A DNA stretch of 64,000 nt from assembly GCA_965205015.1 (NCBI GenBank), contig OZ242029.1, positions 4,576,001 through 4,640,000 on the forward strand, read 5' to 3'. The notes under the pieces are model-generated. The model saw only the letters and a program-made list of their open reading frames with translations. It was not told the DNA's origin and searched no databases. The stretch is from Candidatus Poribacteria bacterium. GTDB taxonomy: Bacteria; Poribacteria; WGA-4E; WGA-3G. The translations under genes were made by a program, and so were the position numbers. This document shows positions 46,809 through 56,420 of this stretch, one piece after another; the stretch's first letter is position 1, and each line of letters starts with the position of its first letter.

Positions 46809-47081
46809 TTTTTTTATAGGGCGGGGCCATTTAGTTTTAAGAAATTATCAGACTTCACGCCATTTTTGGACGATCCGGTGCGGTTGGATGAAGATTATAG
46901 TAAAGCTCACAATTAAGTTTACACGCTCTTGGGGATCAAAAACGTGTAAAAAAATGGAAAACTTTGGACAAAAGAGCGATACTCCTTTGTAGTCAATTAA
47001 TAACAATTGCGAATTTTGTCTTATTTTCGTAACAATTGTGTGTTACAATTTAGGTTAGAATTTTGTGAGAGAGGTAGCCTG

Positions 47082-48002
47082 ATGGGAATAAACGCTCGGA
47101 TCCGCTTCACGACTCCATATCTGCTCATCGCTTTGGTATGTTGCTTCGTCATGAATGGGTGTTCACCGAAAGACGATACAAGCGTTGCAAAGACAGAGGA
47201 CACACAATTCACTATCAAAAATAAAGGTTCAGACACGATGGTGAATCTGGCACAGGCATGGGCTGAAAAGTATACGAATGTCAGCATGACTGCCTCGGTG
47301 GAGGTGTCAGGTGGCGGTTCTGGAACGGGTGTCGCTGCGCTTATTAATGGCACTGTAGACATTGCGAATTGCAGTCGTCAGATCACGCCAAAAGAACTGG
47401 AACTTTCGACGCAAAATACGGGTAAAGTCCCGCAGGAATTTATCGTCGGCTACGATGCCCTCGCCGTCTATGTGCACCAAGACACGCCCATTGATAGAAT
47501 TACCATTATTCAACTTGCAGAAATTTATGGTGAGAACGGCACCATAAGCAAATGGAGCGATCTCGGTATATCGCATAGCGACTGTCCGAGTGACAAAATT
47601 ATCCGCATCAGCCGTCAATCCAATTCCGGTACTTATTTCTATTTTCGCGAAGCCCTTCTCGGCAAAAGCCGTGATTTCCGCATCGGTTCGTTGGATCTAC
47701 ATGGATCCAAAGATGTCGTAGAAGTTGTCGGTAGAACCCCGTGTGCTATCGGCTACAGCGGCATGGGATATGCCACCTCACATGTGAAAATGTTAGAGGT
47801 CGCTGCTGATTCCAATTCGCCTTACTATCCCCCGAATCTTGAAAATGTCCTTGCCAAAACCTACCCTATCGCGCGTCCTTTATACATGTATTCCCTCGGC
47901 GAACCTACGGGGGAAGTAAAAATATATCTCGATTGGATCTTGTCAACAGCCGGGCAAGAGATCGTTGAGAAGCTCGGCTTCGTACCCTTAGAAAACAATT
48001 AA
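47082..48002 (+). CDS. pstS: Phosphate ABC transporter substrate-binding lipoprotein
   Basis: Lipobox MNG-C; KGSDTM, GGGSGTG, SR, D.LAV, SGT..YF, YPIARPL. Confidence 0.95.
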   Translation: MGINARIRFTTPYLLIALVCCFVMNGCSPKDDTSVAKTEDTQFTIKNKGSDTMVNLAQAWAEKYTNVSMTASVEVSGGGSGTGVAALINGTVDIANCSRQITPKELELSTQNTGKVPQEFIVGYDALAVYVHQDTPIDRITIIQLAEIYGENGTISKWSDLGISHSDCPSDKIIRISRQSNSGTYFYFREALLGKSRDFRIGSLDLHGSKDVVEVVGRTPCAIGYSGMGYATSHVKMLEVAADSNSPYYPPNLENVLAKTYPIARPLYMYSLGEPTGEVKIYLDWILSTAGQEIVEKLGFVPLENN

Positions 48003-48010
48003 AAATATAT

Positions 48011-48919
48011 ATGAACATCCTACGCAAAAAAAGCGCGGCGAATCTGCCATTTTCCGAAACAGCGATTGAATTGTTTATCCGTCTGTGTGGTATCAGTTCC
48101 ATTCTCTTTGTATTCGGTATCTTCTTTTTTGTATTTCGGGAGGGAGCGGGTTTCCTTTTCGGGGGTTTAGATTTAGGGCAATTTCTGACGAGTGTAGAGT
48201 GGCAACCGACCTCATTGAACAATAAAAGGTATGGGGCATTTGCGTTGATCGTTGGCACTTTCAGCGTCACCCTTTTAGCCATGTGTATCGCTGTTCCGTT
48301 TGGACTTGGGGCGGCAATCTTTGTATCTGAGTTTTGTAGCCCGAAACTGAGAGAAGCATTTAAGATCATCATTGAACTGCTCGCGGCCATCCCGTCTGTT
48401 GTGTGGGGGTTCATCGGATTGACTTTGATGAATCAATTGATTATTACAGTGTTCAAAGCCCCCATTGGGTTAACAATGCTCAACGGTAGCATCATGCTGG
48501 CATTGATGAGTGTGCCGATTATCGTTTCTATCGCGGAAGACGCGCTAAAAGCCGTACCGGATTCCTATCGTGAAGCGGCAGAGGCGCTCGGTGCGACTCG
48601 GTGGCAGGTGGTTTATCGTGTGTTGCTACCCGCCGCCAAAAACGGACTCCTCGCAGCTGTGCTCCTCGGTGCGGCACGCTCTATCGGTGAAACGATGGCT
48701 GTGCTTATGGCGACCGGGCACTCCGTTAACATTCCTTCAGGTCCCCTCTCTTGGATTCGCACGCTCACAGCAACAATCGCCGCTGAGTTGGGCGAAGTCG
48801 CAAGAGGCGATGAACACTATCAAGCCCTCTTTATCATCGGTATCCTGCTGTTTACGATTACATTTGTGGTGAATCTCATCGCAGACTTGGTGATTAAAGG
48901 TATCCGTCAAGAGTCATAA
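48011..48919 (+). CDS. pstC: Phosphate ABC permease
   Basis: IELLAAIPSVVWG, ALGATRW, ARSIGETMAV. Confidence 0.95.
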   Translation: MNILRKKSAANLPFSETAIELFIRLCGISSILFVFGIFFFVFREGAGFLFGGLDLGQFLTSVEWQPTSLNNKRYGAFALIVGTFSVTLLAMCIAVPFGLGAAIFVSEFCSPKLREAFKIIIELLAAIPSVVWGFIGLTLMNQLIITVFKAPIGLTMLNGSIMLALMSVPIIVSIAEDALKAVPDSYREAAEALGATRWQVVYRVLLPAAKNGLLAAVLLGAARSIGETMAVLMATGHSVNIPSGPLSWIRTLTATIAAELGEVARGDEHYQALFIIGILLFTITFVVNLIADLVIKGIRQES

Positions 48920-49003
48920 CATAGGAAACCGCAGGAAAGAGGCGCAATAAATTGTGCTACTACGAACAGGGTTTCGTTAAGGTATCCGTCAGCAGTCATA
49001 ACA
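48897..49003 (+). repeat. 25-bp duplication of the pstC 3' end flanking a REP-like hairpin
   Basis: AAGGTATCCGTCAAGAGTCATAACA (48897-48921) vs AAGGTATCCGTCAGCAGTCATAACA (48979-49003); spacer contains GGCGCAATAAATTGTGCTACTAC. Confidence 0.8.
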
Positions 49004-49165
49004 CCGGATAACCATTTCTTTGAGGACATCTAAAGCACGTAGCTCGTAATGAAATTATGCCTTAAATGGCATAATTTGTCTTAGCTTTACATTTGGAGAG
49101 CGGATTTAAGAAACATACTTGATAGTTCAGACGCACGTTATTTAACCGCAAGGTAAAATTAAAAA

Positions 49166-50050
49166 ATGTTTACAGAAACAGCAATCAGCAAACAGAAGCG
49201 GTGGACAGAAAATGTGATGCGCATCTTCTTCCTTGTAATGACAAGCCTGATGATTCTTCCATTACTTCTCATCATCGGTTATCTTATTTACAAAGCACTG
49301 CCGGTTCTCTCACTGGAGTTCCTCTTCACGAATCCAAAGGACAACATGCGTGCGGGGGGACTCTGGGCACCCTTCTTGGGCACAATTTATTTGGTAGTCG
49401 TATCTTTATTAGTGTCGGCACCGATTGGCGTATTTGCCGCAGTATACCTCAACGAGTATGCCCGTGAGAGTTGGTTCACGCGTATCACGAATTTAGCGGT
49501 TGTGAATCTCGCGGGTGTACCGAGTATCGTTCACGCTTTGTTCGGTGTTGGCGCATTTGTGCTTTTCGCGGGTTTAGGAGAATCCATTTTAGCAGCGTCC
49601 CTCACATTAGCCATCATGACGCTCCCAGTCATCATCGCCAGCACAACGGAAGCTCTGAAAGCCGTCCCGATGTCCTTTCGGGAGGCGTGCTGGAACCTTG
49701 GGGCGACGCGCTGGCAAACAATTCGTCGTATCGTTATCCCGAACTCCATCAGTGGCATTTTGACGGGGGTTATCTTACAGGTATCGCGGGCAGCAGGTGA
49801 AACGGCACCGATTATGTTCACGGGTGCGGTTTTTTATAAAGCTATTGCGGAAGGAAACCTTTTTGCCTATAATATAACGGAACAGTGTATGGCACTCTCG
49901 CTACACCTCTTTACGATTTCAACACAGGTCCCGGACGTTACGGAAGGTATTCCATACGGGACGGCAGTTGTCCTTGTCGGCAGTGTCTTACTCGTCAATG
50001 CAGCAGCGATTGTGCTAAGGGTATACCTCCGAACCCGGAAAAAGTGGTAA
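49166..50050 (+). CDS. pstA: Phosphate ABC permease
   Basis: YLNEY, NLAGVPSIV, LGATRWQT, SRAAGETAP. Confidence 0.95.
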   Translation: MFTETAISKQKRWTENVMRIFFLVMTSLMILPLLLIIGYLIYKALPVLSLEFLFTNPKDNMRAGGLWAPFLGTIYLVVVSLLVSAPIGVFAAVYLNEYARESWFTRITNLAVVNLAGVPSIVHALFGVGAFVLFAGLGESILAASLTLAIMTLPVIIASTTEALKAVPMSFREACWNLGATRWQTIRRIVIPNSISGILTGVILQVSRAAGETAPIMFTGAVFYKAIAEGNLFAYNITEQCMALSLHLFTISTQVPDVTEGIPYGTAVVLVGSVLLVNAAAIVLRVYLRTRKKW

Positions 50051-50171
50051 AATGGTTGTCGGTTATCGGACAAGAGGACTTTCGTGAAGATGCGCGCTTC
50101 TTAGAAAACTCCAAGCAAGTTCAATTGAAAGACTTTTTAGCCGAGAACCGAAAACTATTCCTCGAAAATGT

Positions 50172-50909
50172 ATGATGAATAAACAGAAGTTACAGGCGAT
50201 CATAGAAGGAAACATCGTTAGCGGAATAATCCAGTTCCTGATTCTCGCTTCCGCTGTCGTCTTTGTGCTGGAATCTGATAGTGAGGATCCGCATGCCCCT
50301 CATTTCATTGTGCTGGACTCGGTATTTTTTGGTTTATTTTCGATCGAATATATCCTACGAGTTTATATGGAACCCAGAAAGCGGGATTTCATTTTCAGTT
50401 TCTATGGCATCATAGACTTACTCGCTATTTTACCGTCTCTGTTCCTTTTACCGGGGTTCCGTGTACTGAGAATACTGCGATTCCTACGAATTTTCAGAAT
50501 CTTCAAAGCGACCCGATTTATCCTTGCAGTAGATCGGCTCACCGAAGCATTGAATGAAATCCGGCGAGAACTCTTAGCATTGGTTATTCTGTCATTGATG
50601 TTAGTCTATCTCGCGGCGTGTGGTATCCACTATTTTGAAAGAAATGTACAACCCGCGGAATTCGGAACCATTCTTGATTCCATGTGGTGGGCTATCGTGA
50701 CGTTAACAACAGTCGGTTATGGAGATGTCTATCCGATAACACCGGGGGGAAAAATTTTCACGGCTCTCGTCACTCTTGTTGGGGTGGGATTAATCGCGAT
50801 TCCGTCCGGACTCTTAGCTTCAGTTTTAACGGAAGCACGGGTGGAACGTAAAAAAGAAGAAAGCGAAGAAAACGTGGAAAATAGATCCACGGAAGGCATC
50901 GACAAATAG
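50172..50909 (+). CDS. 6-TM voltage-gated-type potassium channel (ion transporter)
   Basis: S4 RVLRILRFLRIFRIFK; selectivity filter TTVGYGD. Confidence 0.93.
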   Translation: MMNKQKLQAIIEGNIVSGIIQFLILASAVVFVLESDSEDPHAPHFIVLDSVFFGLFSIEYILRVYMEPRKRDFIFSFYGIIDLLAILPSLFLLPGFRVLRILRFLRIFRIFKATRFILAVDRLTEALNEIRRELLALVILSLMLVYLAACGIHYFERNVQPAEFGTILDSMWWAIVTLTTVGYGDVYPITPGGKIFTALVTLVGVGLIAIPSGLLASVLTEARVERKKEESEENVENRSTEGIDK

Positions 50910-50911
50910 AC

Positions 50912-51697
50912 ATGAACTCAAATAGTCAGAATGGATCGCAAACGACACCTATAATTGAGGTTACCGACCTGAAGGTGCACTATGGAAATAAATCCGCCCT
51001 GAACGGCGTCTCATTTGATGTATACCAGCACGAGATTCTCGGTATCATCGGTCCTGCGCAATCCGGTAAGACGACACTCCTGAAAGTTATCAATAGGACC
51101 CTGGAATTTACACCGGACACAACCGTAGAAGGATCTGTAAAACTCGATGGTGAAGATATTAGCACAATTGGCGATGTATACGGCTTACGCCGACGTATCG
51201 GTATGGTTCAGCCTTTACCGGTAGGGCTGCCGCTTTCCATATATGATAACGTCGCTTTTGCCCCTCGCACAGCAGGGGTTCGCTCAAAATCGGAATTAGA
51301 CGAAATCGTTGAACGGTGTTTACAGCAAGCGGCACTGTGGGAAGAGGTCAAGGACCGGTTGAACACGCTCGGTACTCAATTATCAGGGGGACAACAACAA
51401 CGCTTGACGATCGCTCGTGCGCTTTCGCATCAACCAGACATTCTCTGTCTTGACGAATTTTCAATCGCCGTCGACCCTGTTACAACGATGCGTATCGAAG
51501 AAGTGCTTAAAACTTTACAAACGGAAATGACGATTTTGCTCGTCACGAATTTGGTGCAACAGGCGAAACGGTTGGCGAATCGCACCGCCTTTTTTCTCAA
51601 CGGGGACCTCATTGAGATTGATACAACAGATATAATTTTCTCTGAAAACCCGTCAGAGCAAGCGACGTATGACTATGTGAACGGGACTTTTGGCTAA
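50912..51697 (+). CDS. pstB: Phosphate ABC ATP-binding protein (copy 1)
   Basis: GPAQSGKT, LSGGQQQRL.IARAL, T.DYV.G.FG; H-loop is VTN. Confidence 0.88.
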   Translation: MNSNSQNGSQTTPIIEVTDLKVHYGNKSALNGVSFDVYQHEILGIIGPAQSGKTTLLKVINRTLEFTPDTTVEGSVKLDGEDISTIGDVYGLRRRIGMVQPLPVGLPLSIYDNVAFAPRTAGVRSKSELDEIVERCLQQAALWEEVKDRLNTLGTQLSGGQQQRLTIARALSHQPDILCLDEFSIAVDPVTTMRIEEVLKTLQTEMTILLVTNLVQQAKRLANRTAFFLNGDLIEIDTTDIIFSENPSEQATYDYVNGTFG

Positions 51698-51845
51698 AAG
51701 TCAGCAGTCGTCAATCCGTATGAAGTTGTTTTTCAACGCAAAGCGATCATTTTTGCGAAAAACTTGGTGTGTTCCGTAACATTTTCGGCAGGCAGATGCA
51801 CAGGCTAACGGTCTCCTATGCTCCAAACTGACAACTCATAAAAAT

Positions 51846-52610
51846 ATGAATTATAGCATTGAAACTGAAAATCTCAGTCTCTGGTATGGTGATTTCCAGG
51901 CACTCATTGATGTGAACGTGAAGATACGGGACGGTCAAATAACTTCGCTTATCGGTCCTTCTGGATGCGGGAAATCAACGCTGCTGCGCTGCTTCAACCG
52001 CGTCAATGAACGCTACGGCAATGTTACGACAAACGGAAAAATTGAGGTTCTCGGAAAAAACATCTATGATGAAGATGTCTCCTTGCCAGAACTCCGAAAA
52101 GCCGTCGGTATGGTATTCCAAAGACCGAATCCATTACCGATTTCAGTTTACGAAAATATATTGTTCGGTCTGCGGATTCACTCTCCAACGCGGCGTATAA
52201 CACGGACAGAATCAGATCAGATTGTTGAAGAAGCCCTTACATCCGTCTTCCTTTGGGAGGATCTGAAGGACAAATTGAAGGTGCGAGCGACCTCACTTCA
52301 ACTTGAACAGCAGCAAAAACTCTGTATCGCGCGTTTGCTGCCCCTGAAACCCAAAATCATTCTGATGGATGAACCCTGCTCCGCCTTAGACACGGAAGGC
52401 ACATTTGCTGTTGAGGAATTAATGGAAGCCCTTGCAGGAACATATACATTCCTTATTGTAACTCACAACATGGCACAAGCACGCCGAGTGAGTAAGGAGT
52501 GTATCTACATGTTTCTCGGAGAACTGATTGAACACAGAGAAACACAAGCACTCTTTGAAACACCCCAACATCCTAAGACAGCGGATTACGTACAAATGCG
52601 GTACGGATAA
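51846..52610 (+). CDS. pstB: Phosphate ABC ATP-binding protein (copy 2)
   Basis: GPSGCGKSTLLRCFNR, MVFQRPNP, DEPCSALD, VTHN; signature degenerate LQLEQ. Confidence 0.9.
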   Translation: MNYSIETENLSLWYGDFQALIDVNVKIRDGQITSLIGPSGCGKSTLLRCFNRVNERYGNVTTNGKIEVLGKNIYDEDVSLPELRKAVGMVFQRPNPLPISVYENILFGLRIHSPTRRITRTESDQIVEEALTSVFLWEDLKDKLKVRATSLQLEQQQKLCIARLLPLKPKIILMDEPCSALDTEGTFAVEELMEALAGTYTFLIVTHNMAQARRVSKECIYMFLGELIEHRETQALFETPQHPKTADYVQMRYG

Positions 52611-52694
52611 GAATAGCCATCCGCCGCCAGTAGGATATCCCTTGTAGTTGTCTTCGTCGACAATTGCCGACAGCCGTCAGTCGATAACGATATT

Positions 52695-53534
52695 ATGAAT
52701 TCTTCGATGATTCGTTCAGAACTCAGAAAAAAAATCGCTTTGCAGGGTGTCGCTGTCATTATAGTAGGAGCCGCGCTGATTTTCTTTTGGAATGACTTAA
52801 AAAAAACAGTGATGGCTCACAGTCAAACGTCGTCAGCATCTCGGATATACAGCATCGTGCCGAGTCTGCTTAGCGATCTCAATTTAATTCTGCTCATTAG
52901 CCTTTTGGCAGTTTTATTCGGGGTAGCCTGCGCTTTTTACTTAGAGGAATGGCTTTCAGCGACAAGTTGGGTTCGGCGTTTCATCGAAAGCCAAGTCGCC
53001 TTTTTGATTGAAATTCCTTCACTTTTGTACGGGCTTTTAGCGGTCGCGGTTCTTTTTCACTACACCGGCGTTTTCAAAGAGATTGGAACGCCTCTTCCTG
53101 TCCAGAATGGGACCGAATCTGGATTAGAAGTCGTTGTCTTTCAGCGGAATACGACAATGTTTGCCGCAGAGGTGTTAATTTTTATTTTACTGGTAATGCC
53201 AATAGCAATCAAAACGACCCAAGAGGCACTTCGATCGGTTGCGACGCCAATCCGTGAATCCGCTTACGTGTTAGGTGCCAATCAATGGCAAGTATTAGGA
53301 AAACAGATCGTGCCGCTTGCCTTTCCGAGGATGCTTGCTGGCGGATGTCGAGCACTGTCGCGAGCACTCGCCGTAGCTGCACTACTTATCGGTATCCACA
53401 TCCCCAACCATACACCAGGTACCAGAGGCATACCGGACAGATTCATGTTATTTTTAGTAGGCGCACTGCTATTGAGTACTATTTCCAGCTTCCTAATAGA
53501 GGTATACGATCCCGCCACAACCCGACACGATTAA
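52695..53534 (+). CDS. Divergent PstA-like permease
   Basis: YLEEW, IPSLLYG, TTQEALRSV...IRES.Y.LGA.QWQ. Confidence 0.75.
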   Translation: MNSSMIRSELRKKIALQGVAVIIVGAALIFFWNDLKKTVMAHSQTSSASRIYSIVPSLLSDLNLILLISLLAVLFGVACAFYLEEWLSATSWVRRFIESQVAFLIEIPSLLYGLLAVAVLFHYTGVFKEIGTPLPVQNGTESGLEVVVFQRNTTMFAAEVLIFILLVMPIAIKTTQEALRSVATPIRESAYVLGANQWQVLGKQIVPLAFPRMLAGGCRALSRALAVAALLIGIHIPNHTPGTRGIPDRFMLFLVGALLLSTISSFLIEVYDPATTRHD

Positions 53535-53586
53535 CTGCTACGAGATAAATGGAGGCGCGAATCCAAAATTTCTCGCGATACCAGCG

Positions 53587-54357
53587 ATGCAAACCGAACA
53601 AAGAGACCCCATCTTGAGCATCCATAATCTAAATGTATGGTATGGCGAGAATCAGATTCTGAACTCCGTCTCATTTGAGGTACAACCGAGACAGGTAACC
53701 GCTCTCATTGGTCCTGCTAATTGTGGTAAAAGCACACTCGTACGGTGCTTCAATCGTTTAAATGACTTTACGCCGAATTTCAGGTTCACTGGCGAAATAC
53801 TTTTTAAGGGCAGTGACATGTATGCGGACAAGACAGATGTCACCGCGCTTCGAAAAAAGATTGGCATGGTGTTCCGAAAACCTGAACCCTTCCGGTGTTC
53901 CATCTACGAAAATGTGGCATACGGGGCTCGGATCTCGGGCATCAATCAAACTTCACAGTTGGAGACCATTGTTCAGAAAAGCCTCCAAAAATCAGGGCTC
54001 TGGAATGAAGTTGAGCCTATTTTGCACGGGAATCCAGAACAACTCTCTATAGGACAGCAACAACTTCTCTGTATCGCACGTGCTTTAGCGGTTGAACCAG
54101 AAATCTTAATACTTGATGAGCCGTGTGGCGAATTAGACCCGATCGAAACCGTTAAAATCGAGACCCTCGTGCGGAATCTCATAAACGATTGCACGCTTAT
54201 TTTCGTTACCAATAAAAGAAGGCAGGCGGCTCGCATCTCAGATGTCGCGGGACTCCTCTACCGCGGCGAATTAATCGAATTCGGAACGACAGAGAAACTC
54301 TTTACAAATCCACAAGATACCAGAACAGAGCAATATGTGACAGGAAGATTAGGCTGA
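53587..54357 (+). CDS. pstB: Divergent PstB-like ATP-binding protein (copy 3)
   Basis: GPANCGKS, LSIGQQQ, DEPCGELDP, TEQYVTGRLG; Q-loop and H-loop altered. Confidence 0.8.
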   Translation: MQTEQRDPILSIHNLNVWYGENQILNSVSFEVQPRQVTALIGPANCGKSTLVRCFNRLNDFTPNFRFTGEILFKGSDMYADKTDVTALRKKIGMVFRKPEPFRCSIYENVAYGARISGINQTSQLETIVQKSLQKSGLWNEVEPILHGNPEQLSIGQQQLLCIARALAVEPEILILDEPCGELDPIETVKIETLVRNLINDCTLIFVTNKRRQAARISDVAGLLYRGELIEFGTTEKLFTNPQDTRTEQYVTGRLG

Positions 54358-54474
54358 TTTTTAAATTAAACAGAACTTAAGCAGCATCCTTTGCTGGCGA
54401 GGTTTGAAACCTCGCCAGCGGCGTGTGGGCAGAGCAATATGTGACAGGAAGATTAGGCTGATTTTTAAATTAAA
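54326..54474 (+). repeat. Exact 45-bp duplication of the pstB 3' end flanking a perfect palindrome
   Basis: CAGAGCAATATGTGACAGGAAGATTAGGCTGATTTTTAAATTAAA at 54326-54370 and 54430-54474; GCTGGCGAGGTT-TGA-AACCTCGCCAGC at 54393-54419. Confidence 0.9.
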
Positions 54475-54477
54475 ATT

Positions 54478-55119
54478 ATGTTAGAACACGAAATCAAGGG
54501 ACTTCAGCATAAAATCTTGGAAATGGCAGGACTTGCAGAACAGATGCTGCGGCAAGCCATTGAATCCGTCTTAACACGAGATCGCGCGTTGGCTCACGTC
54601 GTTGTTGCTACAGACGATAAAATTGATTTGTTTGAAAACGAGATCGAATCCTTGTGTATTCAACTGATCGCCCTCCATCAACCGGTAGCCATAGAACTCC
54701 GCTTTCTCACAACAGCGATGAAGGTTAACCAGAACATTGAAAGGATAGCGGATAAAAGCGTTGCGATCGCCAAACGGAGCATCGAGTTGTCGGAACACCC
54801 GCCGGTCAAACCGTTCGTAGACCTACCATACGTCGCACAAGTGATTCAAGCAATGGTGAAAGACACTATAGATGCCTTCGTCAATCGGAATGCTGAACAT
54901 GCCTTAGAAATCCGAGAGCGGGACAATGAGGTAGACGAGATTTATGAAAGAATGCTCCACGAACTCTTGACGATTTTAAGCGAACATCCGAGACTTATCC
55001 AACCGGGTATCAGCCTCCTCCTCCTTTTTCGGCATTTGGAACGGATAGGCGACCTGGCGGCAAATATTGCTGAGGAGGTCTACTATCTCGTCAAAGGCGA
55101 TGTCATTCGGCACACCTAA
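54478..55119 (+). CDS. phoU: Phosphate signalling complex protein PhoU
   Basis: D..ID..E..IE, QPVA.ELR, ERIAD, D.EVD, LERIGD.A.NIAE. Confidence 0.96.
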   Translation: MLEHEIKGLQHKILEMAGLAEQMLRQAIESVLTRDRALAHVVVATDDKIDLFENEIESLCIQLIALHQPVAIELRFLTTAMKVNQNIERIADKSVAIAKRSIELSEHPPVKPFVDLPYVAQVIQAMVKDTIDAFVNRNAEHALEIRERDNEVDEIYERMLHELLTILSEHPRLIQPGISLLLLFRHLERIGDLAANIAEEVYYLVKGDVIRHT

Positions 55120-55202
55120 GAATAGCGGTCAGCAGCAGTCTGTCGGGAATCGGAGTTCCCTCCTACAGGGGATCCCTTGTGGTGAGCGCCCTGCCTACAG
55201 TC

Positions 55203-56408
55203 CTACTGCTGTTCAAACGGCTGCTCGGTGTCGGTTGGATACAAATGGACATCCCGTTGTGGGAAAGGGATCCTAACGCCATGCTCCTTAAATTTGTCCC
55301 AAATCATAAAATGGAGATCGCTTGCAATATCAAAACGTTGAAAACAATCGGGAATCCACGCCAACAATTCAAAATCCAAGGACGATTCCCCAAAGGCAGT
55401 GAAGCGGACAAACGGGGCGGAGACGTTTTCCATATCAGGATTGGGTTCTTTAATTATCTCCGGATGCGCGTGGGCGACTTCAAGAAGGACCTTTTTCACA
55501 AGTTCCACATCCGAATTGTATGATACACCCACCGAAATCTGAAGACGATACCGGTTGTTATAGTGGGTAAGATTATGAACCGGTTCCGTAATCAATTGAG
55601 AATTCGGGACGATAATTTCCTTTTCATCAAGTGCGACGATAATCGTTGAACGGAGATTGATGCTGCCGACCCTCCCAAATATGTTAACGTCCATAATCTC
55701 CACGAGATCCCCGATTTTGATAGGACGTTCAAAAATCAGAATGAACCCAGAAACGAGATTTGAGGCGATATTCTGTAAGCCGAAACCGATACCGATACTC
55801 AACCCCCCGAAAATCAATGCCACACTCGTGAAACTCACCCCGATGGTGCTGAGACTGATAATGACGCCGATGATGATAAGACTAAAGTGAAGGGAACGGA
55901 GTAGGATAAATTGGGTATGCGCCTCAATTTGAAACGCCTGTAACACCTGTCGCCGCATCACCCATTGGACATATTTTGAGAGAATAAACATCCCGAAGAC
56001 AATTACAAACCCATAAAAAAGTCTCGCCAACGTTAATTTCGCTACATCTGTAGTGGCATCGGTCTCCCCAAGTTTCTGAGGCGGTTGAAAAAGGTCGGTA
56101 AGCGGATAATCAAAAAGTTTACCAAAGACCCCAGTGCTAATCCCTGCGAACCGGAATGCCAAACCGATCCCAAAAATCAGTACGACCAGAAATAGGAGGG
56201 CAAGTAATCGATTTCTGAGACTTTGTGGTATTCCGAGCCTATCGAAAAGACGCCGGAACCATCGGCGCAAAAAGCCTGCGATTGTCAATGTGGCTGCCAA
56301 AGTGACAATTAACCCAACAATTTGGATGATTTTTACAGGTTCCTCACCTAAAGTGATGACCCGTGTTTGAAGTAAATCAAGAACTTGTGGAATCAACTCA
56401 TTCATCAA
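55203..56408 (-). CDS. MscS family mechanosensitive channel
   Basis: GIGFGLQNIASN.VSG.IL.FERP...GD, VPNS, VGVSY.SD, IPFPQRD. Confidence 0.93.
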   Translation of the reverse strand: MMNELIPQVLDLLQTRVITLGEEPVKIIQIVGLIVTLAATLTIAGFLRRWFRRLFDRLGIPQSLRNRLLALLFLVVLIFGIGLAFRFAGISTGVFGKLFDYPLTDLFQPPQKLGETDATTDVAKLTLARLFYGFVIVFGMFILSKYVQWVMRRQVLQAFQIEAHTQFILLRSLHFSLIIIGVIISLSTIGVSFTSVALIFGGLSIGIGFGLQNIASNLVSGFILIFERPIKIGDLVEIMDVNIFGRVGSINLRSTIIVALDEKEIIVPNSQLITEPVHNLTHYNNRYRLQISVGVSYNSDVELVKKVLLEVAHAHPEIIKEPNPDMENVSAPFVRFTAFGESSLDFELLAWIPDCFQRFDIASDLHFMIWDKFKEHGVRIPFPQRDVHLYPTDTEQPFEQQ

Positions 56409-56420
56409 GCCCTACCTCTA

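Noticed and set aside
46900-47065. Canonical E. coli Pho box
   Set aside because: No CTGTCAT repeats at an 11-bp period; reported only as non-canonical boxes.
49885-50175. 96-aa ORF bridging pstA and the K+ channel
   Set aside because: Overlaps pstA out of frame and reads through a repeat element.
54326-54474. Repeat-spacer-repeat as a mini CRISPR array
   Set aside because: Only two copies, the repeat is the pstB gene end, the spacer is itself a palindrome, and there are no cas genes in the window.
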